From Candidatus Geocrenenecus huangii (GTDB lineage Archaea > Thermoproteota > Nitrososphaeria_A > Caldarchaeales > Wolframiiraptoraceae): a DNA stretch of 64,000 nucleotides. Location of the stretch: contig JALNLM010000004.1 in assembly GCA_023254095.1 (NCBI GenBank), positions 53,642 through 117,641 of the forward strand. Reading direction: 5' to 3'. The translations under genes were made by a program, and so were the position numbers. This document shows, one piece after another, positions 49,780 through 59,246 of this stretch. Numbering within the stretch: the stretch's first letter is position 1; every line of letters begins with the position of its first letter. A model generated the notes under the pieces. That model was not told the DNA's origin and did not search any database. It saw only the letters and a program-made list of their open reading frames with translations.

Positions 49780-51851
49780 GTTGCCATGAATCAAGGGCAG
49801 GTTCCACACTTAAAGCTAGGCAAAAAGCAATTAAAATCGGCATTATCGGAAATCCAAACGTTGGCAAATCAGTTTTATTCAATAAACTGACTAAAGGAAA
49901 AGCATGGGTTGGGAATTGGCCGGGCGTAACAGTAGAGAAGAAAGTTGGGAAGCTCACTTTAGATGGAATAAGCTTCGAGTTAGTTGACCTACCTGGAATA
50001 TATGGTTTAACCGCTTATAGTCAAGATGAGCTTATCGCGAGAAAATTCCTACTTGAAGGAAAACCGGAAATTGTAATTCAGGTTACCAATGCTATCAACT
50101 TGGAGAGAAACCTCTACCTAACTATCCAGCTGCTTGAAATGGGTTTCAAATTAGTCATAGCATTGAATATGGCTGACCTAGCGGAGAAAGAAGGTGTAAA
50201 GATAGATGTAGATGGATTAAGAAGAGAGTTGAGAACCCCTATAATTCCCACAATCGCTGTGAAAAATTTCGGATTAAACCAGCTTATAGAAACGATTAAA
50301 GAACAATTAGATAAACCAGCTCCATTCTTTAAAATTGATTATGGGCCAGAGATAGAAGAAGCTATAGAAAAAATAAGGAGGCTCATTGATTCACCTATTA
50401 GAAGGCTAGGTTTAAAGATTGACCCAAGATGGTTAGCAATTCGATTACTTGAGGATGATAACGATATAGTACAAAGGCTTAGAGATATGGGGTTTGAAGA
50501 TATCGTTTCTGAAGCTCGACATATTAGAGATGAACTGCAAGCTCAATTAAATGAAAGCGTTGAGGTCTTGATTATTGAGAAGAGATACGAGTATCTGCTT
50601 AACTTGTCAAGGAAGTATGTTAGAAGGAAAACTGCCGAGAAGAGTCTTACGGACTTGACAGATGGGCTAGACAAGGTTTTAACACATCCAATATTGGGCT
50701 TAATGGTGTTCGTATCTATTCTTTACCTACTGTTTAAATTCTCATTCGATGTCGCATCCTCCTTAACCGAAGTAATCAGGGTAACCTTCTCTCAACATAT
50801 ACATGATCTTGTAAAAAATTCTCTCCATCCAGAATTTATTTCATCTCTATTTGTAGACGGGGTTCTAAACGGTGTCGGAACTATATTGATATTTATTCCA
50901 AATCTTTTATTCTTGTTTATAGGCATCTCTACACTCGAAGATACCGGATACATGGCTAGAGTCGCTTTCTTATCTGATAGATTGATGAATAGGCTTGGTT
51001 TAAGCGGGCGAGCGATGATACCATTATTGATCGGCTTCGGATGTAATGTTCCAGCGGTAATGTCAACTAGGGTTCTCGGATCCGATAGGGAGAGAAGACT
51101 ATCGGTCTTCATGATACCTTTCATGTCATGCAGCGCTAGACTTCCAATATTTCTCTTACTCACTCTCGCATTCTTTAGAGAGAACCAGCTCATAGTAATT
51201 CTAAGCATGTACTTCCTAGGCGTCTTTATAGCAGTATTAACGGCTCTTCTATTCAATAACCTATTCTACAGAAAACAGGTAGCCGGATACGTTATGGACA
51301 TGCCTCCATATCTTAATCCCTCGATCAGAAACATTCTAGCTAAGAGCTGGGAAAGAATAAGATCATTCTTGATGAAGGCTGGAACCATAATCTTGTTAAT
51401 GTCAGTCGTTATATGGGTTCTCAGTGTAACAGGTCCTGAAGGATACATAGGACCAGAAGCTTTAAGAGATGTCGAACTTCTATCACGTAGCTGGATAGCC
51501 TCTTTCAGCAGGTTTCTAGAACCATTATTCAAACCATTAAACTGGGATTGGCGGATAATAGCGTCACTAAGTTTTGGTTTCATAGCTAAAGAAGTAGTGG
51601 TTTCTTCACTGGCGGTCTTATACAATGTAGGTGTAGAAAGTCTCCCTACTGTTCTTTCAGATTCTCTTACCCCCCTAGCAGCATACTCTCTCATGACTTT
51701 CGCTCTTCTCTATACTCCATGCATGGCCACAGTTGCAACGATGAGGAACGAAGTAGGATTACGATACACTCTACTCATGGTACTCTACCAACTATTAATT
51801 GCATACACCGCTGCTTACTTGATCTTATCGATTGGAGGGATGGTTATTTGA
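49776..51851 (+). CDS. feoB: Ferrous iron transport protein B
   Basis: GNPNVGKS, NWPGVT, DLPG, NMAD, GFGCNVPA, SCSAR, AKEVVV, YTPC. Confidence 0.97.
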   Translation: MSCHESRAGSTLKARQKAIKIGIIGNPNVGKSVLFNKLTKGKAWVGNWPGVTVEKKVGKLTLDGISFELVDLPGIYGLTAYSQDELIARKFLLEGKPEIVIQVTNAINLERNLYLTIQLLEMGFKLVIALNMADLAEKEGVKIDVDGLRRELRTPIIPTIAVKNFGLNQLIETIKEQLDKPAPFFKIDYGPEIEEAIEKIRRLIDSPIRRLGLKIDPRWLAIRLLEDDNDIVQRLRDMGFEDIVSEARHIRDELQAQLNESVEVLIIEKRYEYLLNLSRKYVRRKTAEKSLTDLTDGLDKVLTHPILGLMVFVSILYLLFKFSFDVASSLTEVIRVTFSQHIHDLVKNSLHPEFISSLFVDGVLNGVGTILIFIPNLLFLFIGISTLEDTGYMARVAFLSDRLMNRLGLSGRAMIPLLIGFGCNVPAVMSTRVLGSDRERRLSVFMIPFMSCSARLPIFLLLTLAFFRENQLIVILSMYFLGVFIAVLTALLFNNLFYRKQVAGYVMDMPPYLNPSIRNILAKSWERIRSFLMKAGTIILLMSVVIWVLSVTGPEGYIGPEALRDVELLSRSWIASFSRFLEPLFKPLNWDWRIIASLSFGFIAKEVVVSSLAVLYNVGVESLPTVLSDSLTPLAAYSLMTFALLYTPCMATVATMRNEVGLRYTLLMVLYQLLIAYTAAYLILSIGGMVI

Positions 51852-52249
51852 AGACGGTGGCAGGCTACGGGTTGATCATAGGCATAACATACATATCATC
51901 TACACTCATCTTCTTAATAGAGAATATGTCTGGAACTCGATTGTTGATTCCTCAGCTTCTCCCGGAGGATGGGGGGATGGCTTTCTACTTCATAACGGTT
52001 GGAAGCTTATATGGATATGCATACTTCAAGTCTAGAGAAAAAATATTCGAGACCGTGCTCTTGGTAGCATCAATAATGTCTATCGCAATAATGTTAGTCC
52101 AGCTACTGAATTCCACGCTCAACTTGATGATTACACTTACCTCAAATGCTTGGATAATAGCAACCTACAACCTCTCAAGAATAGAGATTATCTTAGGATT
52201 GTTGTCTATACCGCTCCTACTAAGGATAAGGAGGGATATCTACGAGTAG
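51848..52249 (+). CDS. Small polytopic membrane protein in the feo operon
   Basis: TTG start overlaps the feoB TGA; about four hydrophobic segments. Confidence 0.65.
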   Translation: MKTVAGYGLIIGITYISSTLIFLIENMSGTRLLIPQLLPEDGGMAFYFITVGSLYGYAYFKSREKIFETVLLVASIMSIAIMLVQLLNSTLNLMITLTSNAWIIATYNLSRIEIILGLLSIPLLLRIRRDIYE

Positions 52250-52271
52250 TCAACACCTGCTACATAGAATA

Positions 52272-52526
52272 TTGATGCTACTCATATCTGGATGCATGGA
52301 CTTAAACACTTTGAAGAACAAACTTAGTACTAGTAGAGAGGAGTTAGAGGTAGGTCTAACCATTCTCGAAACACATGGATACATCGAGAAGACCAGTTTC
52401 GGGGAAGCATGTAGAACATGCACTCTCTACAGTGAATGCAGAAGTCGAAACCCACAACTCTACAAAATAACAGAAAAAGGCATGAAGCAGGTCAAAAGGG
52501 AGACAGAGAAAACAGACAATAAATAA
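52272..52526 (+). CDS. FeoC-like winged-helix protein
   Basis: wHTH (LKNKLSTSREELEVGLTILETHGYI) with Cys wing CRTCTLYSEC and YKITEKG. Last gene of the feo operon. Confidence 0.7.
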   Translation: MMLLISGCMDLNTLKNKLSTSREELEVGLTILETHGYIEKTSFGEACRTCTLYSECRSRNPQLYKITEKGMKQVKRETEKTDNK

Positions 52527-52602
52527 TTCAAACAGGTAAGAACCATTAATACAATTCAGAATAGCTGTTTACTACATCCTAGAGACCATTATCACTGAGA
52601 AG

Positions 52603-52747
52603 TGGTGCGGGGGGTGGGATTCGAACCCACGAACCCTTCCGCCCTTTACTCATTGGTCTACGGGAGCGGGTTTATCCTCTCTAGACTCTTTTTTAATAAA
52701 GTATGATCTTGAGCCCGCCGCCGTTGACCTGGCTTGGCTACCCCCGC
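52603..52747 (-). tRNA. tRNA-Leu(CAA) with two introns: 37/38 (52707-52672, 36 nt) and variable arm (52657-52637, 21 nt); CCA encoded
   Basis: Minus strand: gcgggggtagccaagccaggtcaacggcggcgggctCAAg[intron1]acccgctcccgtag[intron2]gggttcgtgggttcgaatcccaccccccgcacca. Confidence 0.9.
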
Positions 52748-53070
52748 ATCTCCATATAATAGCTATTCTACTTGTTTTTAGGCTTATACATGCTGCCTTA
52801 AGAAAGTTACTGTGTCGGCAGATAATCTAGATAAGCCGTGTAGTTAAAAGATGCAAAGTGTTTTGTTTAGTATAGGATTCTACAAAGCTCATCTCAGAAT
52901 ACTTAGAGGATTATCGAAAACCGTCAATGTAGACGTGGTTTAGAGTAAGTTCACCATCATTCTAGATCTCCCTCCTAGCCTCAAGAGTAGAAGTAGCACA
53001 ATCTCTATCGAATAGCCTCTTAAAGTCATAGCAGCATCCGGCACCGAAAGCTTAGAATAGAAATTGAATG

Positions 53071-53748
53071 CTAAGGTGCGCCTATGAATATAAGTAGTAG
53101 AAATAGTAGTCCGATAAAGGTTATTGTTACTCCTAAGAGTAACTTTAACTTCTGCTTATTTTCTTGATGCCAGCGGCGGATACCTACTATAACCTTCTTA
53201 CTAGAGGCTATGTAAAGTATGGCGGCTAGAGGTAATATGGATAAAATATTATAGATAGCTAGGAGTAACATTGAGTATGGAGCGCCCGCTATTATTGAGA
53301 TGAAGGCTGGGTAGACTCCTCCAGTGCATGCGCATGGAAGATTATGGAATCCTGCGAGAAACCCTGCGACGAAAGAGGATACGTAACCAAGCTTCCACAT
53401 ATACGTGATTGCTTTCTCACTAATTATGGAAGACCTGTTAAGTGGCAGGATCTCTACCCCAAAATATGATAGTATATTGACTGCCCCAATAATTATCATG
53501 AGAGAAGTGCTTACCCGCGTGAGGAGATGCGAGAGAGTTGGAATACTTAGAGAAATTGTTAACATTCCTAAGCCCAATAGCATATACGATGAGAATACTC
53601 CAAGAATGTATAATGTTCCTAAAATTAAGATTGTAGACCTTTTAGCGCCTAAAGAATATGAAAGTGATATGAAAAGAGCTAGAAGGCTTAAATTGCATAT
53701 ATTTAATCCATCCAAGACCCCTAAAAATAGGAGATATAGATAATCCAT
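53071..53748 (-). CDS. CcdA/DsbD-like transmembrane thiol-redox protein
   Basis: LDGLNIC and LPCACTGGVY Cys motifs, YNILSILPL, six TM helices. Confidence 0.8.
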   Translation of the reverse strand: MDYLYLLFLGVLDGLNICNLSLLALFISLSYSLGAKRSTILILGTLYILGVFSSYMLLGLGMLTISLSIPTLSHLLTRVSTSLMIIIGAVNILSYFGVEILPLNRSSIISEKAITYMWKLGYVSSFVAGFLAGFHNLPCACTGGVYPAFISIIAGAPYSMLLLAIYNILSILPLAAILYIASSKKVIVGIRRWHQENKQKLKLLLGVTITFIGLLFLLLIFIGAP

Positions 53749-53757
53749 ATTTACCGC

Positions 53758-54174
53758 CTAGAATCTATAGACTACTGCTTTTAAATTACTGAGCAGTTCA
53801 ACTTTCACTCGATCACCAGGAGATAGGCATGGCTCTTCAACCATGTTATGAGTATACTTGAAATGTATAGTCTCCCCGGAATCCATCATAATTACCGCTC
53901 TACACGTAATAGACTCTACATGCCCTTTGCAGTCAAGGTCTGCTTGAACTATACCCAGCCCACCGACTAGAACATTATTCACGATCTCACCGTTAAACAC
54001 GTCTCCAGAAATCGTTCTAGAATGAGAGCCAGTCTGATTTATATTCGAAGGTATAGAAAAAGCTAGTATGCCGATAACGATGACGAATATCAAGAATGCT
54101 GAAAACAGTATGTATCGGCCAGTTCTTTTGTTGTAAGATTTCATCTTCCTCGAAGAATATGTTCGGCTCCTCAT
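53758..54174 (-). CDS. Membrane-anchored Cys/His/Met-containing hypothetical protein
   Basis: One TM helix, then DLDCKG...TCRA...HNMVEEPCLSPGD. Confidence 0.75.
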   Translation of the reverse strand: MRSRTYSSRKMKSYNKRTGRYILFSAFLIFVIVIGILAFSIPSNINQTGSHSRTISGDVFNGEIVNNVLVGGLGIVQADLDCKGHVESITCRAVIMMDSGETIHFKYTHNMVEEPCLSPGDRVKVELLSNLKAVVYRF

Positions 54175-54206
54175 CTAGATGCGCACCTCAACCTATTCTT
54201 CGACTG

Positions 54207-54944
54207 TTACTCTTCTAGTTCCTGTATGAAGTCACCATGCCAAGAATGGTACCAGACTGCCCCTGTAAATTCATTTACGCTTAACATGCCATGCATCCGC
54301 CCATCGAGTTTATAATCCATTGTATAGTAGCCGTAGAACCTTGTCGGCTCCTCTACCTCTATTCTTCCAGGATAGATACTTGAGAGATATTCGTACGCTA
54401 TCTGCATTGCTTCATCGTCTGTTACCCTAGTCGTGAAAGATGTAATAGTCTGTGACCCCATCATATGCCACATCCTATAATGCATTCCATACTTCGTATT
54501 CCACATCATGTTGGGGCCAGGCTCAGGCATTATCGCTCCTGTGTACGGGTCCACGAGGAGTTCAAAAGCTCCAATGCCGGTATCTTCTTCTATTACGATG
54601 GCGTAGAAGTTGTTTGTGAACTCCATAATTTCTTTGACATAGAAGCCTCGACCTAAGCTTGATATATAGTAATTTAACCTCGATTTAACATCATTTATAT
54701 CGAGTCTCTGAGTATTATTCGATGGAGACCACCAGCCGCCATGCATTGGGCATCCAAATCCTCCATACCACCAACCTCCACGCATCTGCTGTGGATACTT
54801 ATATGCCTGTGCTCTCGACGACATTAACATCACGTCGGTCCCCATGGCGACCGCAGTTACTGTTAAGAAGCCTATTGCCCCTATTAATGCTACTGCAAGA
54901 GCTATTGCGATTATCAACAGGTTAGAATTTTTTAGGTTCCTCAT
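54207..54944 (-). CDS. Exported Met/Gly/His-rich protein with PepSY-like repeats
   Basis: Signal/TM segment, GGFGCPMHGG, ELLVDPYTG, PEPGPNMMWNTKYGMH, MLSVNEFTGAVWYHSWHG. Confidence 0.8.
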   Translation of the reverse strand: MRNLKNSNLLIIAIALAVALIGAIGFLTVTAVAMGTDVMLMSSRAQAYKYPQQMRGGWWYGGFGCPMHGGWWSPSNNTQRLDINDVKSRLNYYISSLGRGFYVKEIMEFTNNFYAIVIEEDTGIGAFELLVDPYTGAIMPEPGPNMMWNTKYGMHYRMWHMMGSQTITSFTTRVTDDEAMQIAYEYLSSIYPGRIEVEEPTRFYGYYTMDYKLDGRMHGMLSVNEFTGAVWYHSWHGDFIQELEE

Positions 54945-54952
54945 ATTCCCAC

Positions 54953-55159
54953 CTAGCAACAACGATTGAAGGAGTGAGTGTGAGACTCATTATTAGAGGG
55001 CGTATTAATGTATCTTTCTGGATTCTTCTCGAATTCAGTTTTACAGTATTCTGAGCAGAAGTAGTATGTTTCTCCGAGATGCGTACTTTTAATGCTTCCT
55101 TCTTTCTTCACCTTCATGCCGCAGACCGGATCTCTAACCTCTTCTCTTCTCCTAAACAT
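54953..55159 (-). CDS. YHS/TRASH metal-binding protein with His/Cys tail
   Basis: DPVCGM...YYFCSEYC...FEKNPERY, C-terminal HTHSFNRCC. Confidence 0.9.
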   Translation of the reverse strand: MFRRREEVRDPVCGMKVKKEGSIKSTHLGETYYFCSEYCKTEFEKNPERYINTPSNNESHTHSFNRCC

Positions 55160-55225
55160 GGATCTTTCATCTCTTTATCCATATCCGAGTATATAACCAA
55201 CGCGTATTCTTTATAACAATTTGTA

Positions 55226-55282
55226 GTTATCTGCAGCTATGGTCAAATAGAATCTTAGAATCAATTATTAACTGCAGATAAC
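55226..55282. promoter_or_regulatory. 11-bp perfect inverted repeat upstream of the YHS operon
   Basis: GTTATCTGCAG (55226-55236) and CTGCAGATAAC (55272-55282), with further ATAAC copies nearby. Confidence 0.6.
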
Positions 55283-55324
55283 GTTTAGGATTATTTAGAG
55301 GTTGATTACCTGTATAACGGTTAG

Positions 55325-55867
55325 CTATTCGTAGAGATCCGCCTTCTTTAACTCGATTACTACGGCATGGTCGCTTAGAGAGAAGTATACATCTACCCCT
55401 ATCCTCTCAAATATAGGCTGTATATAGTGGGCTATGAAGATAGAGCCTTTTGAGCCTAAAGTATGTGTAAGCGTGATAATATACTTATCTTCTTTAATGA
55501 CTTCACTGTATTCAAATAAGTTCGCATACCTCGATAAAGTCTTTAGATAATCGATTACTGATTCAAGTGATAATGTACCTTCTCTGGCCAGTATGAATGT
55601 CTCCGAGACGTCTTTACCCGCATTATAACTTGCTCTTATCAATTGCTCCTCTGGGGCAACGCTCAATATATGCCTAAAAGCTAAATTAAATAATTTAACC
55701 ACACTAAGTTTTTCTGCATATCTATCAAAGTTTACGTAAGAAAGAAGGATCTGGTTTACTAATGCGTTCACGCTGATGTTATGTCTTTGAGCATCCTCTT
55801 GAATTAACTTTAAAGCTGCTTCACTTATCCTAAACGACCTAGTTACAGTTTTCTCAAGCTCTGTCAA
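55325..55867 (-). CDS. Ribbon-helix-helix regulator with C-terminal sensor-like domain
   Basis: TVTRSFRISEAALKLIQEDAQRHNISVNALVNQIL (RHH), followed by an alpha/beta domain with ITLTHTLGSKGS. Confidence 0.7.
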   Translation of the reverse strand: MTELEKTVTRSFRISEAALKLIQEDAQRHNISVNALVNQILLSYVNFDRYAEKLSVVKLFNLAFRHILSVAPEEQLIRASYNAGKDVSETFILAREGTLSLESVIDYLKTLSRYANLFEYSEVIKEDKYIITLTHTLGSKGSIFIAHYIQPIFERIGVDVYFSLSDHAVVIELKKADLYE

Positions 55868-55963
55868 GCTGTAGAAACCTTATACTGAACTAGATTATAA
55901 ACATCTCTTTAAATCCAAGAAAACCTTAAGAGCTCCAGCTATTTGTTAAAGCTTGGTATTTCT

Positions 55964-56107
55964 ATGGCTAGAGATCCGGTTTGTGGAATGATGGTGGATG
56001 AAAAGAAAACAAAATATGTTTTTGAATATAAACTCAGAAGATACTATTTCTGTTCTGAAGCTTGCAGAGATCTGTTTAAGAGTAATCCAGAGAAATACAT
56101 AAAATAA
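55964..56107 (+). CDS. Second YHS/TRASH protein (47 aa, not in the ORF track)
   Basis: MARDPVCGMMVDEKKTKYVFEYKLRRYYFCSEACRDLFKSNPEKYIK*. Confidence 0.9.
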   Translation: MARDPVCGMMVDEKKTKYVFEYKLRRYYFCSEACRDLFKSNPEKYIK

Positions 56108-56153
56108 ATAGGATAGCCGTTACCATGAGAATAATCGGACTCAATATCTCTGA

Positions 56154-56420
56154 TTATTTTCTTGAACTAGTTTTCTTTATTACTATTCTCCATAATGCTT
56201 CATTTAGACGTTCTACACTCAGTACTTCATGACCTCTCTCAATAACTGCTTCTTGAATAGTTTTAGTTGATGGCTGGTTATCGAATATTACTTCCAGTAC
56301 TTCACCTTCTCTAATCTCTTCTAAAGTCTTAATAGTGTAGAGAGTTGGATATGGGCAAGGCAAACCTAAAATTTCTAGTTTATATCTACCTAGCCCGACT
56401 TCACATACTTCTACCTTCAT
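56154..56420 (-). CDS. tusA: TusA/SirA-family sulfurtransferase
   Basis: GLPCPYP motif, GEVLEVIFD, WRIVIKK; overlaps the end of sir. Confidence 0.88.
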   Translation of the reverse strand: MKVEVCEVGLGRYKLEILGLPCPYPTLYTIKTLEEIREGEVLEVIFDNQPSTKTIQEAVIERGHEVLSVERLNEALWRIVIKKTSSRK

Positions 56421-57879
56421 GGATAAAGTCACCTTCTAGAAGCCTATCCGCAAACTCGTGAAAATCTGTCAAACCACTATTCATAAATTTTCTTAAAATG
56501 TCTTCTATTACGAGACTTACCTGCTCGCTTGGAATGTTTCTGATAAGTAACTTAGAAATCTTTGACTCCCTACCTCTAACATAGAGGTTAAAACATGGTA
56601 TTGAGACTCCGTTCTTGCTGATAGTTGTCGACTGTAAACCTATATCTGAGACAATATGCTGTGAGCAAGAATTGGGACACCCACTTATAGAGATGCTTAC
56701 ATCAAGTTTTTCTAGATCTTTACCAAATTTATTAATTAAATAGTCTAATAAGGTGGTTGCTCTTTTCTTACTGCTTTCAAAACTTTTACCACAGAAATCA
56801 CTTGGACAAGCTCTCGTCCTAATCTTAATCGATGGTTGTTCCGAATCTAAGCCAAGTGTCTTCAATTCTTCTTTAACCTTCATTAACTCATCTTCTGGAA
56901 TATGCACGAGTACCAGTTTCTGAGCTGGGGAAACCCTGATCTCATCACTATATCTTTCAGCTATCTCAATTATTTTCTTGAATTGATTAACGTTTAATAT
57001 GCCTGTAAATGTTGGCACCATTAGAGAATATAATCGAGGGTCCTTCTCCTGTGATATGATGTTATGCTCTCCCCACTCTAGACTTATCTTACTACAATCA
57101 AGATATTGAAAGCTTTTTGACATCTTTTCTTGAATTAATTCTTTAACCATGTTTAAGCCAACCTCCCTAATCAGCCATTTAAATCTAGCAGTGGCTTTCC
57201 TATCTCTAAGACCATGATCTCTATAAACTTCAACTACTGCTCTTATGAATTCTAATACTTCATCTAGCGGAACGAAGACATTCAATGGTTGAGCTAAAGA
57301 TGGTGGAAATCCTAAACTCCCTCCTACTAGAGGTGTAAATCCAAGCCCATGCTCTGACTCGACCGCTACTAGTGCCAAGTCATTTACCTCAGGTTTAATG
57401 CAGTTTATTGGACATGAAGATACTCCTATCTTAAATTTCCTCGGAAGGTCTAAGTATTCTTTCCTTCCAGTAAACATCTCTACGGCTTTCTTAACTATTG
57501 AACTGGTTTCAATTATCTCATGAGGTTGGATGCCTGTTAAGGGGCAGGTAACAATATTTCTAACATCACCATACCCTGCTTTGGGATAATATTGTCCACA
57601 CATGTCTGTGCATAATCCAGCTTCTTCAAGCTTTGAGAAGATACTAGGCGCGTCTTCATCCTTAATCCAATGCAACTGTATATCTTGTCTTGTGGTTACC
57701 TCGAGATAGTCTCTTCCATATTTTTGAGATAGCTCAGCAATAATTCTCGCCTGATCAATTTTTAGAATTCCAGCAACTATCTTTATTCTCAGGAAGTAGG
57801 TTGAACCGTTTCCCTGTTCGTAGCCTAACGCATATTTACCCAAATATTCATCGAGAGTGGTTAGTTCTTCTAGGTTGAG
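56401..57879 (-). CDS. sir: Ferredoxin-dependent sulfite/nitrite reductase (siroheme); start uncertain (CTC 57879 or TTG 57843)
   Basis: LRIKI..G, TTRQDIQLH, VRNIVTCP, LPRKFKI, ACPSDFC and SGCPNSC Fe-S/siroheme ligands. Confidence 0.88.
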   Translation of the reverse strand, partial: LNLEELTTLDEYLGKYALGYEQGNGSTYFLRIKIVAGILKIDQARIIAELSQKYGRDYLEVTTRQDIQLHWIKDEDAPSIFSKLEEAGLCTDMCGQYYPKAGYGDVRNIVTCPLTGIQPHEIIETSSIVKKAVEMFTGRKEYLDLPRKFKIGVSSCPINCIKPEVNDLALVAVESEHGLGFTPLVGGSLGFPPSLAQPLNVFVPLDEVLEFIRAVVEVYRDHGLRDRKATARFKWLIREVGLNMVKELIQEKMSKSFQYLDCSKISLEWGEHNIISQEKDPRLYSLMVPTFTGILNVNQFKKIIEIAERYSDEIRVSPAQKLVLVHIPEDELMKVKEELKTLGLDSEQPSIKIRTRACPSDFCGKSFESSKKRATTLLDYLINKFGKDLEKLDVSISISGCPNSCSQHIVSDIGLQSTTISKNGVSIPCFNLYVRGRESKISKLLIRNIPSEQVSLVIEDILRKFMNSGLTDFHEFADRLLEGDFIHEGRSM

Positions 57880-57998
57880 CTTCTCTCACCGCGGGATTTT
57901 TTATAACGTCGTTATATTTATACCTTATGAACCTACTTAACGGCTATAGAAGAGCTGAATACTAATAAAAGTTTAGGTCGTCTCAACATTAGGAGAAG

Positions 57999-59144
57999 AT
58001 GTATTCTAATGTCTCAATTAATGAATTATTGGAAAACCTTAATAAAAGCTGGTTGAAGCCTGTTAAAAATAAGGTCATTAAGCTGGATAATGGAGTCTCC
58101 ATTATTGTAAAGTTAGAATATCCTGAAGATTTTATGAATGACCCATTAAGAACTATTAAGAGGAAGCCTGCTACGATACTCTTCGAAGACCTCTTCAATA
58201 AAGGCTTCCTAAAGCAAGGTAGAACAATAATTACTGCATCTTCAGGAAATTTCTTAAGAGAATTAGCTTTGCTATCTTTGAGACGTGGATTTAAGATAAT
58301 AGGTGTAACTCCTCCAAGAATACCATATGAAAATCTAAGGATATTGACAGCCCTTGGGGTGAATGTAATCCATATAACAGAAGAGTATGATCTGTGCCCA
58401 CGAGAGACGACGGTTTTCTATACGAGAGCCTTAGCAGAGAACAATAGGTATATGCTGGTGAACGCAGACCAGTATATTAGCTGGCAGAATGTCATGTCCC
58501 ACGTATACACAACTTGGAGAGAAATAAAAGAGGTGGGAGAAATAGACTATGCATGCATACCGCTTGGAAGTACTGGAACATTTATGGGAATATCTCTTGC
58601 CTCAAACGTAGAAGGGAAGAAGGTTCAACTCATCGGAGTTCAGCCAACAAGATATCATCATATTCCAGGTGTTCATTATATTGTAGGTGGCTGTGAGTGG
58701 AGCCCAGAAATATTCTCACCCCTATTAGCCAACAATATAGTTACAGTAGATGATGTAGATGCCTACGCAGGCTTAATGATGCTGTGGGAGAAGGGAGTAT
58801 ATGCTGGACCATCCACCGGCATGGTGTACGTACAAGCATTAAAATTAGCAGAAACAATTAAAGATGGCCGAGTCTTAATAATCTCCGCTGACTGCATATT
58901 CTCATATAGGGACTACGTGTTAAACTACTTGAGAGAGATAAAAGATCAAGTTATCTCAAGATATCCACATCTCTATGAGGTATACCTGAAGTATGTTGAG
59001 TGGCTTAGAAGGTTACCAGATATAGAGGAGAGGATCAAGCTTGTAAAGGAGGTATACGGCAGCAAAGAAGAAGGTAGAGTATACAAATTCGAGAATGTTG
59101 AAGAATTATTAAAGACATCAAGGAGCTTGCAGGCTTTATTATAA
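57999..59144 (+). CDS. Divergent PLP fold-II enzyme, cysteine synthase (CysM/CysK)-like
   Basis: VKLE, TIKRK (usually SIKDR), ASSGN, DQY...N..SH, LGSTGT, GPSTG, ISAD. Confidence 0.7.
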   Translation: MYSNVSINELLENLNKSWLKPVKNKVIKLDNGVSIIVKLEYPEDFMNDPLRTIKRKPATILFEDLFNKGFLKQGRTIITASSGNFLRELALLSLRRGFKIIGVTPPRIPYENLRILTALGVNVIHITEEYDLCPRETTVFYTRALAENNRYMLVNADQYISWQNVMSHVYTTWREIKEVGEIDYACIPLGSTGTFMGISLASNVEGKKVQLIGVQPTRYHHIPGVHYIVGGCEWSPEIFSPLLANNIVTVDDVDAYAGLMMLWEKGVYAGPSTGMVYVQALKLAETIKDGRVLIISADCIFSYRDYVLNYLREIKDQVISRYPHLYEVYLKYVEWLRRLPDIEERIKLVKEVYGSKEEGRVYKFENVEELLKTSRSLQALL

Positions 59145-59246
59145 TAGTAAATCAATGCAAATGCAACATTTAGAGAATAATGTTAAAGCAGAAAATTTAT
59201 TAACAGGAATATTTTCATAGAAGATAAGTATGGAGGTTGATAAGAA

